Shown here: positions 56,261 to 64,000 of the stretch, in pieces | Layout of the letters: each line of letters opens with the position of its first letter | Position numbering within the stretch: the first letter of the stretch is position 1 | NCBI GenBank assembly: GCA_028720105.1 | Contig: JAQYLI010000027.1 | Location: forward strand, 1,184 to 65,183 | Length of the DNA: 64,000 nucleotides | Direction of reading: 5' to 3' | DNA from: Oscillospiraceae bacterium | GTDB lineage: Bacteria; Bacillota; Clostridia; Oscillospirales; Ruminococcaceae | Position numbers and translations under genes: made by a program | Notes under the pieces: model-generated | Seen by the model: the letters and a program-made list of their open reading frames with translations, nothing else | What the model was told of the DNA's origin: nothing | The model's database searches: none

Positions 56261-57675
56261 TACTGTTCAGCAGTGCGCTGTTTTAGCGCCGCACCGGGTT
56301 CGTCGCCTATCAGCGCCACTCTCTTTCTGTATATCCTTACAAAAAGGATAATTGCCACAACTGCGGAAAGTATTTCCGCAATAGGGAAGGACGTCCATAC
56401 CAGTGAGCAAAGCTCGCTGTTTTTCCTTGCCAAGCCTGCAAAGAAAAGCGCAGGAGGGAAGATGAACAGAAGCTGTCTGCAAATTGATACTATTAAAGAC
56501 TCTCCGCCGCCGTCCAGCGCCTGGAAAATGCCCTGGAAAGAAACGTTTGCGCCTGCAAAGATAAAGCTTATTGAAACTATCCTCATAGCGCCTATGCAAA
56601 GCTGCTCTGTCTCTCCCGAAAGACCGAAAAGCTGTGAAATGGGCATAGCAAACAGCTCAATGACCGCAAGACCCACAACCATCATTATTTCGGTAAATAA
56701 CATTCCCCATTTAATGCCACCGTCAATGCGCTTTCTGCTGCCCATTCCGTAATTAAAGGACACAACGGGAGTAATGGCGTCTCTGATACCGAAAGCGATA
56801 AACAATACCACCTGCTGAATTTTGTAGTAAAGACCGTAAGCCGTGACCATATTTTCCCCGACAGTTCCGAAAACGATGTTAAGACCGTAGGTCATTGCAG
56901 ACATAAGCGCCTGAGCCACCACCGCAGGGAATCCAATGGAATATATATCCTTTATCACGGTAAGCGAGGGCTTTATAAAGCTCAGCTTGTTGTCAATTCC
57001 CGTGTTCACCTTAAAGTGGAATATAATTGCGGTAATAAATGATACTATCTGACCTGCAACTGTAGCGACCGCAGCACCCTTTACGCCCATTTCGGGGAAT
57101 GGACCGATACCGTAAATGAGCAGGGGGTCAAAAACGATATTCACAAGAGCTCCAAGTATCTGTGCAATGGTGGAAAAGCCCGAATGTCCCCCTGCCTGGA
57201 GCAGCTTTTCAAATAATGAGAAAAACGATATTCCGAAAGAAAATATGCAGCATATCCTCAGATAATCCGTTGCCATAGAGCATATAAGAGGGTTGTCGGT
57301 CTGGGAGGAAATGTAGCCTTCTGTGCCGAAGATACCAAAGAGCAAAAATATCACATAGATAACTCCTGCGAGAAATATGCCGTTTCCTGCGGTGCGGCTT
57401 GCCTTTTCCCTGTCTCCTGCGCCGAGACTTTTTGCCGTAAGAGCGTTAACGCCCACGCCTGTGCCTATTCCCACAGCCACCATAAGCATCTGCAGAGGAA
57501 ACGCCAGCGTAAGGGCATTTAGTGCCGCCTCGCCGTTTTCCGCCATATTTGATACAAATGCGCTGTCAACGATATTGTAGACTGCCTGAAGCATCATTGA
57601 TATCACCATAGGCACGCTCATAGAAAGCATAAGCTTGCCAACGGGTACCGAACCCATTTTATCGGTTTTTTCCAT
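56260..57675 (-). CDS. MATE family efflux transporter
   Basis: P.VISM.LQA.YNIVDS.FV, NIVFDPLLIYG...FPEMGVKGAA.AT. Confidence 0.93.
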   Translation of the reverse strand: MEKTDKMGSVPVGKLMLSMSVPMVISMMLQAVYNIVDSAFVSNMAENGEAALNALTLAFPLQMLMVAVGIGTGVGVNALTAKSLGAGDREKASRTAGNGIFLAGVIYVIFLLFGIFGTEGYISSQTDNPLICSMATDYLRICCIFSFGISFFSLFEKLLQAGGHSGFSTIAQILGALVNIVFDPLLIYGIGPFPEMGVKGAAVATVAGQIVSFITAIIFHFKVNTGIDNKLSFIKPSLTVIKDIYSIGFPAVVAQALMSAMTYGLNIVFGTVGENMVTAYGLYYKIQQVVLFIAFGIRDAITPVVSFNYGMGSRKRIDGGIKWGMLFTEIMMVVGLAVIELFAMPISQLFGLSGETEQLCIGAMRIVSISFIFAGANVSFQGIFQALDGGGESLIVSICRQLLFIFPPALFFAGLARKNSELCSLVWTSFPIAEILSAVVAIILFVRIYRKRVALIGDEPGAALKQRTAEQ

Positions 57676-57839
57676 AATATCATACTCCTTTTTTACAAAA
57701 TAAAAAAAGTGCAGCCAATGATCGGATTTACGCTCATTAGCTACACATCTTGATTTTATTATATCTTTTTCGCAGCGTTTTGTCAAAGGTGATTTTCAAC
57801 AAAATCATATTACGGACAGAAAAAAGAATTTTGCAGTTT

Positions 57840-58475
57840 TTACTCTATCTTGTAATTCGGATATTCTTCGGGAGTAAAGAGAAAATCAAAGATGCCCTTT
57901 TCCGCCTGCAAACAGGTCTCCAGCACCCCTGCATAAAGCTTCAGCTTGCGGTAAATTCCCTCGTTGTCGGAGGGGAAAAAGGACTTGTCCAGCAAAAATG
58001 TGAGCATAGCGATGATCATCTCCGCACTCTCCTCGGGATAATCGGTGCGTATCGAGCCGTTTTTCACGCCCTCCTCAAGAAGCTTTGTGAGAATAGGGGA
58101 AATGGTCTTAACGGCAGTCATCATCATCTTCATATGAAGCACAAGATTATCCTGCACGTGAAAATAAACAATGATATTTTTTCTTCTGTCGCTGAATTCC
58201 TGCTTTATTACTGAGCGGAAAAGAGCCTTGACCTTTGCAAGGGGGTCGCTGCTGCCGTAAACATCGTTGAAATATTCCTTGATGGCAAGGGCATAGCTTC
58301 GCTCGATAACGGCGTTAACTATATCGTCCTTGCTTTCAAAATAGTAGTATATGCTGCCCTTGCCTATGCCTGCTTTTTTGGCTATCATCTCCACAGAAAT
58401 ATCCTTGTCGGAATTTTCGCACATGAGCTCCTCGGCAGCGTCCAGGATCATCTCTCTTTTTTTATTGTCACGCAT
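57840..58475 (-). CDS. TetR/AcrR-family regulator
   Basis: ILDAA...SV..IAKKAGIGKGSIYYYFESKD. Confidence 0.93.
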   Translation of the reverse strand: MRDNKKREMILDAAEELMCENSDKDISVEMIAKKAGIGKGSIYYYFESKDDIVNAVIERSYALAIKEYFNDVYGSSDPLAKVKALFRSVIKQEFSDRRKNIIVYFHVQDNLVLHMKMMMTAVKTISPILTKLLEEGVKNGSIRTDYPEESAEMIIAMLTFLLDKSFFPSDNEGIYRKLKLYAGVLETCLQAEKGIFDFLFTPEEYPNYKIE

Positions 58476-58597
58476 TGGTAATTTCCTCCGAAATCAGGGC
58501 AATACCGAATGAAACCCTTGTGATATTGCCTTATGTTTAGATAATTATATCACAAAAGGAATTTGATTTCAAGATAATATTTTATATAAAATATAAA

Positions 58598-58655
58598 TTG
58601 ACTTGCGGTCGAAAAAATGATATACTGTAATAAAGTCAACAGTCGACCGCAAGTC
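58598..58655 (+). promoter_or_regulatory. Promoter and inverted-repeat operator of the C-ACP-A operon
   Basis: TTGACT-N17-TATACT (58598-58626); GACTTGCGGTCGA (58600-58612) and its exact reverse complement (58643-58655). Confidence 0.75.
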
Positions 58656-58736
58656 GGAACAAAAGTCGAAAAATGATGTATTTTTTTAAATGCATTTCGA
58701 CCCGAGTTCGATTTTTGCAGAAAGGAAGATGATATT

Positions 58737-59699
58737 ATGAGCGGCGAAATTATCGGAGCAGCAGTGCTTGGAACCGCGGCAGTAGGCGCAGCAGTGTTCA
58801 CGGGAGCAGCCATAACTCTGTTTAACCGTGTTATCCCCCGACAGGAGGTGCTGAGGGTGGATATGAACGAGTTTGCTGATATGGCTACCTGGGAGGAATA
58901 CAAGAAAAAAATCGCCCCCAGAGCCGAATGGGTCTTATCTCAGCCTCTTGAGAAGGTAAATGTGACCGCAAGGGACGGTATTAAATTAAACGCTTATTTC
59001 CTCAAAGCCGAGGGCGAAAGCAAGGGCGTTGTCATCTGTCATCACGGCTACACCAGCAAGGCGATGGACAATGCTGCCATTTCTGTATTTTTCCACGAGC
59101 TGGGCTATGATGTTCTCTTAGCCGATAACAGAGCTCACGGCGAGAGCGAGGGCAAATATGTGGGCTTCGGTATCCTTGACAGATACGACTGTCTTGAGTG
59201 GATAAAGCTTATGGATAAGCGTTACGAGGGAAAGAAGGATATTCTGCTCTACGGCATTTCTATGGGTGCTACCACCGTTCTGATGGCTTCAAGTCTTCCC
59301 GAACTGCCGAAAAGCGTTAAGGCGATAATTTCCGACTGTGCATTTACCTCTCCCTACGATGTTTTTTCACATATCCTGAAAAGGGATTATCATCTTCCCA
59401 AATTCCCCGTTATGAATATAAATGACGCTATCTGCCGCAAGAAGGCAGGCTACGGTTTCAAGGATTATTCAACTCTTGATGCCGTAAAGTCCACGAATGT
59501 ACCGATACTTTTTATCCACGGCAAAAAAGATAATTTCGTCCCCACCTGGATGACCGAGAAAAACTATGAGGAATGTACCGCACCCAAGGATATCCTTCTG
59601 GTGGATAACGCAGGTCACGGCGCGTCCTATTATGAAAATACAGAGCAGTACGAAGCCAAGGTAAAGGAATTTCTGAACAAATACGTTCCCGAGAATTAA
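58737..59699 (+). CDS. Alpha/beta hydrolase with N-terminal membrane anchor
   Basis: HGY, D.RAHGESEG, GISMG, HG..D.FVP, GHG. Confidence 0.9.
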   Translation: MSGEIIGAAVLGTAAVGAAVFTGAAITLFNRVIPRQEVLRVDMNEFADMATWEEYKKKIAPRAEWVLSQPLEKVNVTARDGIKLNAYFLKAEGESKGVVICHHGYTSKAMDNAAISVFFHELGYDVLLADNRAHGESEGKYVGFGILDRYDCLEWIKLMDKRYEGKKDILLYGISMGATTVLMASSLPELPKSVKAIISDCAFTSPYDVFSHILKRDYHLPKFPVMNINDAICRKKAGYGFKDYSTLDAVKSTNVPILFIHGKKDNFVPTWMTEKNYEECTAPKDILLVDNAGHGASYYENTEQYEAKVKEFLNKYVPEN

Positions 59700-59717
59700 A
59701 GAGAAAGGAAAATCATT

Positions 59718-61133
59718 ATGTACGAGAAGGAAATTGTCATCAACGGAGCGCCGGTAAAATGCTGGCCGCTCTGCGCCTCACAAAGACTTCATTATTTCAC
59801 AATGCTTTTCAGCCCTCCCCAGGTGCTTAACATCGGCACAGGTCTTTATGTTAAGGACGATGTGGATTTCGGAGTGCTTAAACAGGCTGTTTACAAGGCA
59901 TATGAGCGTTTTGACTCAATGCGTCTGAGATTTGTAAAGGACCCCGACAACGAGCAGAACGTGTATCAGTATGTCGTTCCCTTTGAGGACAGAGATATTG
60001 AATTCAAGGACTTTTCAACCTGGAGAGAGGAAGCCGCTCACGAGGAGATGTGCCGCTGGACTGCAGTTCCCTTTGAGCCATTCAGCAAGCCTCTCAACAG
60101 AGTAGTTCTCATAAAGCTTCCGGGAGGCTATAACGGACTTTACTTGAACGTAAACCATATGACAATGGACTCAAGCTCCATTATCGGCTTTGACCGCTGC
60201 GTTCTTGAATTTTACTGTTCTATGAAATACGGCACCGACGCTCTCGCACCTATGCAGTCCTTTATCAAGCAGCTTGAAAAGGACCTTGTTTATGAGGACA
60301 ATTCTCCCGCAAAGCAGAAGGACGAGAAATTCTGGATGGAGAGAATTTCTCAGAGCGAGCCTATTTTCACAGGCTTCACAGGTCCCGAGTATCTTATCTC
60401 CACAAGACGCGAGCTTAATAACCCCGAGCTTCGCAGCGCAATGATGCCCTATGCCGACCCCTCTGCCGCAATATCCGTTTACAACCTTGAGAAAGAGCCT
60501 TCAATGCGCCTTATCAAGTTCTGCGAGCTGTATAATGTGCCTATGGCAAGCCTGCTTGCAATGGGTCTGCGCACTGTTCTTTCCAAGTTCAACGGCGATG
60601 AGAAGGACATATCTATCATCAACTGCATTGCACGAAGAGGAACAATTTCCGAGAAATACTCGGGCGGCTCAAGAATCCATTTCTTCCCCCTCAGAACTAT
60701 CCTCGACCCCGAGCTTACCTTTATCGAGGGCATAAGAGCCATTCAGGCTGAGCAGAATAAGCTCTACCGTCACGCAAACTATGACCCCATTGCAATGAGA
60801 ATGGCTCAGGACAAGCAGTGGAATGTTCCCCAGGGAGCCTGCTATGAGAGCATAAGTCTTACATATCAGCCCCTTACACTCAATCAGACCAAGGAGCTTC
60901 CCGACATTCCATATATGAGTAAGTGGTACACAAACGGCGTTGCCAGTCACGCTCTTTATCTTACGGTTATGCACCGCCCCGAGGACAACGGTCTGGGCTT
61001 CAACTTTGAATATAAAAAGGCTCTTGTTTCCAAGGAAGAGATGGATTATTTCTACTACTATCTCTGCCGTGTGCTTTTCAGAGGAATTGAGGACGAAAAC
61101 AGAACTATCGGTCAGATACTTGAAATGATATAA
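59718..61133 (+). CDS. Standalone NRPS condensation-domain protein
   Basis: WPL.ASQ, MRLRF, NHMTMDS (HHxxxDG variant), D..FW. Confidence 0.82.
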   Translation: MYEKEIVINGAPVKCWPLCASQRLHYFTMLFSPPQVLNIGTGLYVKDDVDFGVLKQAVYKAYERFDSMRLRFVKDPDNEQNVYQYVVPFEDRDIEFKDFSTWREEAAHEEMCRWTAVPFEPFSKPLNRVVLIKLPGGYNGLYLNVNHMTMDSSSIIGFDRCVLEFYCSMKYGTDALAPMQSFIKQLEKDLVYEDNSPAKQKDEKFWMERISQSEPIFTGFTGPEYLISTRRELNNPELRSAMMPYADPSAAISVYNLEKEPSMRLIKFCELYNVPMASLLAMGLRTVLSKFNGDEKDISIINCIARRGTISEKYSGGSRIHFFPLRTILDPELTFIEGIRAIQAEQNKLYRHANYDPIAMRMAQDKQWNVPQGACYESISLTYQPLTLNQTKELPDIPYMSKWYTNGVASHALYLTVMHRPEDNGLGFNFEYKKALVSKEEMDYFYYYLCRVLFRGIEDENRTIGQILEMI

Positions 61134-61168
61134 ATCTTATGATATAATAGAATATGGAGGATCAGGCA

Positions 61169-61396
61169 ATGCTTGAAAAAATGAAAGAGCTTATCGTTAA
61201 CTATGTTGATGTAAATGCAGATGATATCACCGAAGAGTCCCGTTTTGTAGAGGATCTGGGCTTTAATTCATACGATTTTATGAGCCTGCTGGGCGAGCTT
61301 GAAAACGAGTTCGACGTTACAGTGGACGAAAGCGACGCAATAGATATCCATACCGTAGGCGAAGTTGTCAAGTACCTTGAAGAGCTTAAAAAGTGA
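61169..61396 (+). CDS. Acyl carrier protein
   Basis: EDLGFNSYD phosphopantetheine-Ser motif; acidic 75 aa; GGAGG RBS. Confidence 0.9.
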   Translation: MLEKMKELIVNYVDVNADDITEESRFVEDLGFNSYDFMSLLGELENEFDVTVDESDAIDIHTVGEVVKYLEELKK

Positions 61397-61404
61397 GGTA
61401 CGGT

Positions 61405-62940
61405 ATGAATAAGGAAAGCGTAAAAACTTTACAGCAGCTTGTAAAGGAAGCAGCCGCAGAGTACGGCGATAAGGTGTTTCTGAAGGAAAGACAGGGCAAG
61501 GATATTACCCAAAAGTCCTTCAATGAGTTTTATGAGGACGTGCGCCGCATATCCGCATATGTTATGAGCAAAAGGTCCGGTGAGGAGGCTCTCCACGCCG
61601 CAGTTATCGGTCCCACAAGCTATAACTGGCTCATAAGCTATTTCGGCACAGTTTCCTGCGGAAGCGCCGCAGTACCCCTTGACGCACAGCTCCCCTGCGA
61701 GGAGATATGCGACCTGCTTAACAGAGCGGACGTAAGCATATTCTTCTATGACAAGAGATATGAAAAGATGATACCTGCGGTAAAAGCTAATTGCCCCGAG
61801 GTAAAGGAATATGTAAGCTTTGACGATATTCCCGCTCTCCTTGAGGAAAATGCACCCGCAGAGCTTCCCGAGATAGACCCCGAGACCCTTGCGGCAATCG
61901 TATATACTTCGGGAACAACGGGCAAGAGCAAGGGCGTAATGCTTCTTCACAGAAACCTTATTGACAATGCAATGTGTCAGGACAACGAAAGCTCCCCCGA
62001 GGACGTTGTAATGACCGTGCTGCCCATTCACCACATTTACTGCTTCACCTGCGACATTCTCTGTTCTCTCAGATACGGCGCAACTCTCTGCGTAAACGAC
62101 TCAATGCTCCATATCCCTCAGAACTTAAAGCTTTATGCACCCACCCTTATGCTTATCGTTCCTATGATAGCCGAGACTATCTATAAGCAGATAAAAGCGG
62201 CTTATGCGGCAAATCCGCAGATACCCCTTGCAGCAATTGCCAACAGCGTATTCGGCGGCAGGCTCCATACCATTTACAGCGGCGGAGCATATCTTCGTCC
62301 CGAGCTGCAGAAGGCATACATTGATATGGGCATAAATATGGCGCAGGGCTATGGTATGACCGAGTGTTCACCCAGAATTTCCACCGCCGACCCCACCGAC
62401 CATTCCTGTGCGGGAGACGTTGGAGTTATCGTAAACGGCTGCCGGGTAAAGATCGAGGACGGCGAGATACTTGCCAAAAGCCCCTCTGTAATGGCAGGCT
62501 ATTACAAGGACGAGGCTGCCACCGCCGAAGCCATTACACCCGACGGCTGGCTCAGAACGGGTGATCTCGGCTATGTTGACGATAAGAACCACATTTTCAT
62601 CACAGGCAGAAAGAAAAATCTTATTATCCTTGCAAACGGAGAGAATGTATCTCCCGAGGAATTGGAGAATAAATTTGCAGGCAGAGACTTCATTTCCGAA
62701 GTGCTTGTTTACAGCGAGGACGATGTTATAACCGCAGAGATATTCCCCAATGCCGAATACTGCAAGGAAATGTCCGCCGAGGATATTGCAAAGCTCTTTG
62801 CCGACACCGTAAAGGAAATAAACAAGACTGTCACCTCCGCAAAGCAGATACACCGTCTGCGTATCAGAGACGTTGAATTTGACAAGACCACCTCGAAGAA
62901 GATACGCAGAAATCAGTCCGTACAGGGCAAACAAATCTGA
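61405..62940 (+). CDS. AMP-binding enzyme (long-chain acyl-CoA/ACP ligase type)
   Basis: YTSGTTGKSKG, QGYGMTE, TGDLG, GRKKNLII..NGENV.PEELE. Confidence 0.93.
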   Translation: MNKESVKTLQQLVKEAAAEYGDKVFLKERQGKDITQKSFNEFYEDVRRISAYVMSKRSGEEALHAAVIGPTSYNWLISYFGTVSCGSAAVPLDAQLPCEEICDLLNRADVSIFFYDKRYEKMIPAVKANCPEVKEYVSFDDIPALLEENAPAELPEIDPETLAAIVYTSGTTGKSKGVMLLHRNLIDNAMCQDNESSPEDVVMTVLPIHHIYCFTCDILCSLRYGATLCVNDSMLHIPQNLKLYAPTLMLIVPMIAETIYKQIKAAYAANPQIPLAAIANSVFGGRLHTIYSGGAYLRPELQKAYIDMGINMAQGYGMTECSPRISTADPTDHSCAGDVGVIVNGCRVKIEDGEILAKSPSVMAGYYKDEAATAEAITPDGWLRTGDLGYVDDKNHIFITGRKKNLIILANGENVSPEELENKFAGRDFISEVLVYSEDDVITAEIFPNAEYCKEMSAEDIAKLFADTVKEINKTVTSAKQIHRLRIRDVEFDKTTSKKIRRNQSVQGKQI

Positions 62941-63051
62941 AGCAGGCCGTGCCTGCAGCCACCTCGTCAGCGTGTCTTGTGAGGAAATTTTAATTATGTG
63001 GCTCGGTACGTTTATCTGCAGTTCAAATCTTAATTTAAGGGGAAGATCAAA

Positions 63052-63501
63052 ATGACCTATGAAGAAATTTTTGCAAAGTCCAAGGAGCATATCCTTTCCC
63101 AGGCTCCCGAGGGACTTGAAGGACATCTTGCCGTTCAGGTAAACATTATCGGCGAGGGTCAGGGCGCATTCTACATCGAGCTTTTAAACGGCAAGGTGTA
63201 TGTTGAGCCTTATGAGTACTATGACCGCGACTGCATTTTCATCATTACCGCCGAGGATTTCCTTGCCATCTGCGAGGGAACCTTAGACCCCGTAGCCGCA
63301 TTTACCAAGGGCAAGCTTAAAATTGACGGCAGCATTGACAAGGCTCTTGAGTTCTCAAGGATAGTTGAGAACGCAAAGAAAGCCGCCGGTGCTAAGAAGA
63401 GCGAGGCTAAGACAGAAGTCAAGCCCGAAACAAAGAGCGAAGTCAAGACCGAAGCAAAGAAGAGCGAAACAAAGACCGAACCCAAGTCACGCAAGAAATA
63501 A
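63052..63501 (+). CDS. SCP2 sterol/lipid-binding domain protein with a Lys/Glu/Thr repeat tail
   Basis: G.LDPVAAF..GKLKIDG; tail repeats AKKSEAKTE / TKSEVKTE / AKKSETKTE. Confidence 0.88.
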   Translation: MTYEEIFAKSKEHILSQAPEGLEGHLAVQVNIIGEGQGAFYIELLNGKVYVEPYEYYDRDCIFIITAEDFLAICEGTLDPVAAFTKGKLKIDGSIDKALEFSRIVENAKKAAGAKKSEAKTEVKPETKSEVKTEAKKSETKTEPKSRKK

Positions 63502-63510
63502 ATACGGCAA

Positions 63511-63561
63511 TATAAAAAAGGCTTGAAGTCTGCACTGAACAGACTTCAAGCCTTTTTTATA
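63511..63561 (+). terminator. Rho-independent terminator
   Basis: TATAAAAAAGGCTTGAAGTCTG / CAGACTTCAAGCCTTTTTTATA. Confidence 0.9.
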
Positions 63562-64000
63562 CCGACAATGAAATTATGTCAAATTATAGTAATCTTTAGT
63601 ATAACCCCTGTCTGCCGCCTTGAATTATGGGGTTATGGAGGAAAAGCACCTCTGTCTGTACATTTCGGCACATATGAACAATAAATTTACAAAGTGAACA
63701 TTTGTACAATATTATCTTACAAAAATTTCCATATGGGGAAAATCCCCGTTTTTCAGCCCTTTTTTCATACCTGTTTTTTTGGTGATATTAAAATCCTTAT
63801 ACCGCGCCTGAAAAACAGCCGAATAATTGTCGATTTTGTTCATATTCGACTTAATTGTAAACCAATTACGAAGTATTTGACAATTACTTCCATTCATCAA
63901 AATGACGAACTCACTGTTCCGATCAAAAAAATGCAAAAAAACATCGGTTTTAACAATTTCGTAATATAAGTATATTAACAAAAAATCCCCGAAATGCAGT

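Noticed and set aside
63585-63640. TATAGTAATCTTTAGTATA...TCTGCCGCC resembling a third MITE remnant
   Set aside because: Similarity too short to separate from chance
63694-63981. Two overlapping ~90-aa ORFs at the window end
   Set aside because: AT-rich intergenic character, no RBS; probably the upstream region of a gene beyond the window
1-64000. CRISPR array, prophage, transposase or known defence operon
   Set aside because: No regularly spaced repeats and no cas, integrase, transposase or phage genes recognised by eye

Overview
Chromosomal window of an anaerobic, flagellated, spore-forming Clostridia bacterium. The gene set (ispH-rpsA fusion, spoVAC, yabP/yabQ, flagellin, vor-type oxidoreductase) suggests Oscillospiraceae/Ruminococcus-like; this taxonomy is inference. 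Most of the window is housekeeping: cmk, plsC, thyX, rlmB, ppk1, hisC, tRNA-Leu(GAG), thiC with a TPP riboswitch, dtd, cdaA-cdaR. Highlights absent from the ORF track or needing close reading: (1) a complete Fst/par-like type I toxin-antitoxin module (27-aa peptide plus convergent sRNA with direct repeats) between hisC and tRNA-Leu; (2) a six-gene CP-ATP-grasp/alpha-E/transglutaminase/two M14 peptidase/FUSC-HAD operon with an ANTAR-like attenuator in its leader; (3) a standalone C-ACP-A fatty-acid-amide-type cluster with a TetR operator; (4) two copies of a TA-flanked MITE; (5) a deletion scar fusing a cysA start to a sulfonate-binding-protein remnant; (6) several apparent pseudoenzymes (GH4, P1B-ATPase-like, M14, HAD); (7) an FtsA-like ATPase with tandem ubiquitin-like repeats. 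No CRISPR array, transposase or integrase was seen. All product calls come from motif recognition by eye; no database search was run.
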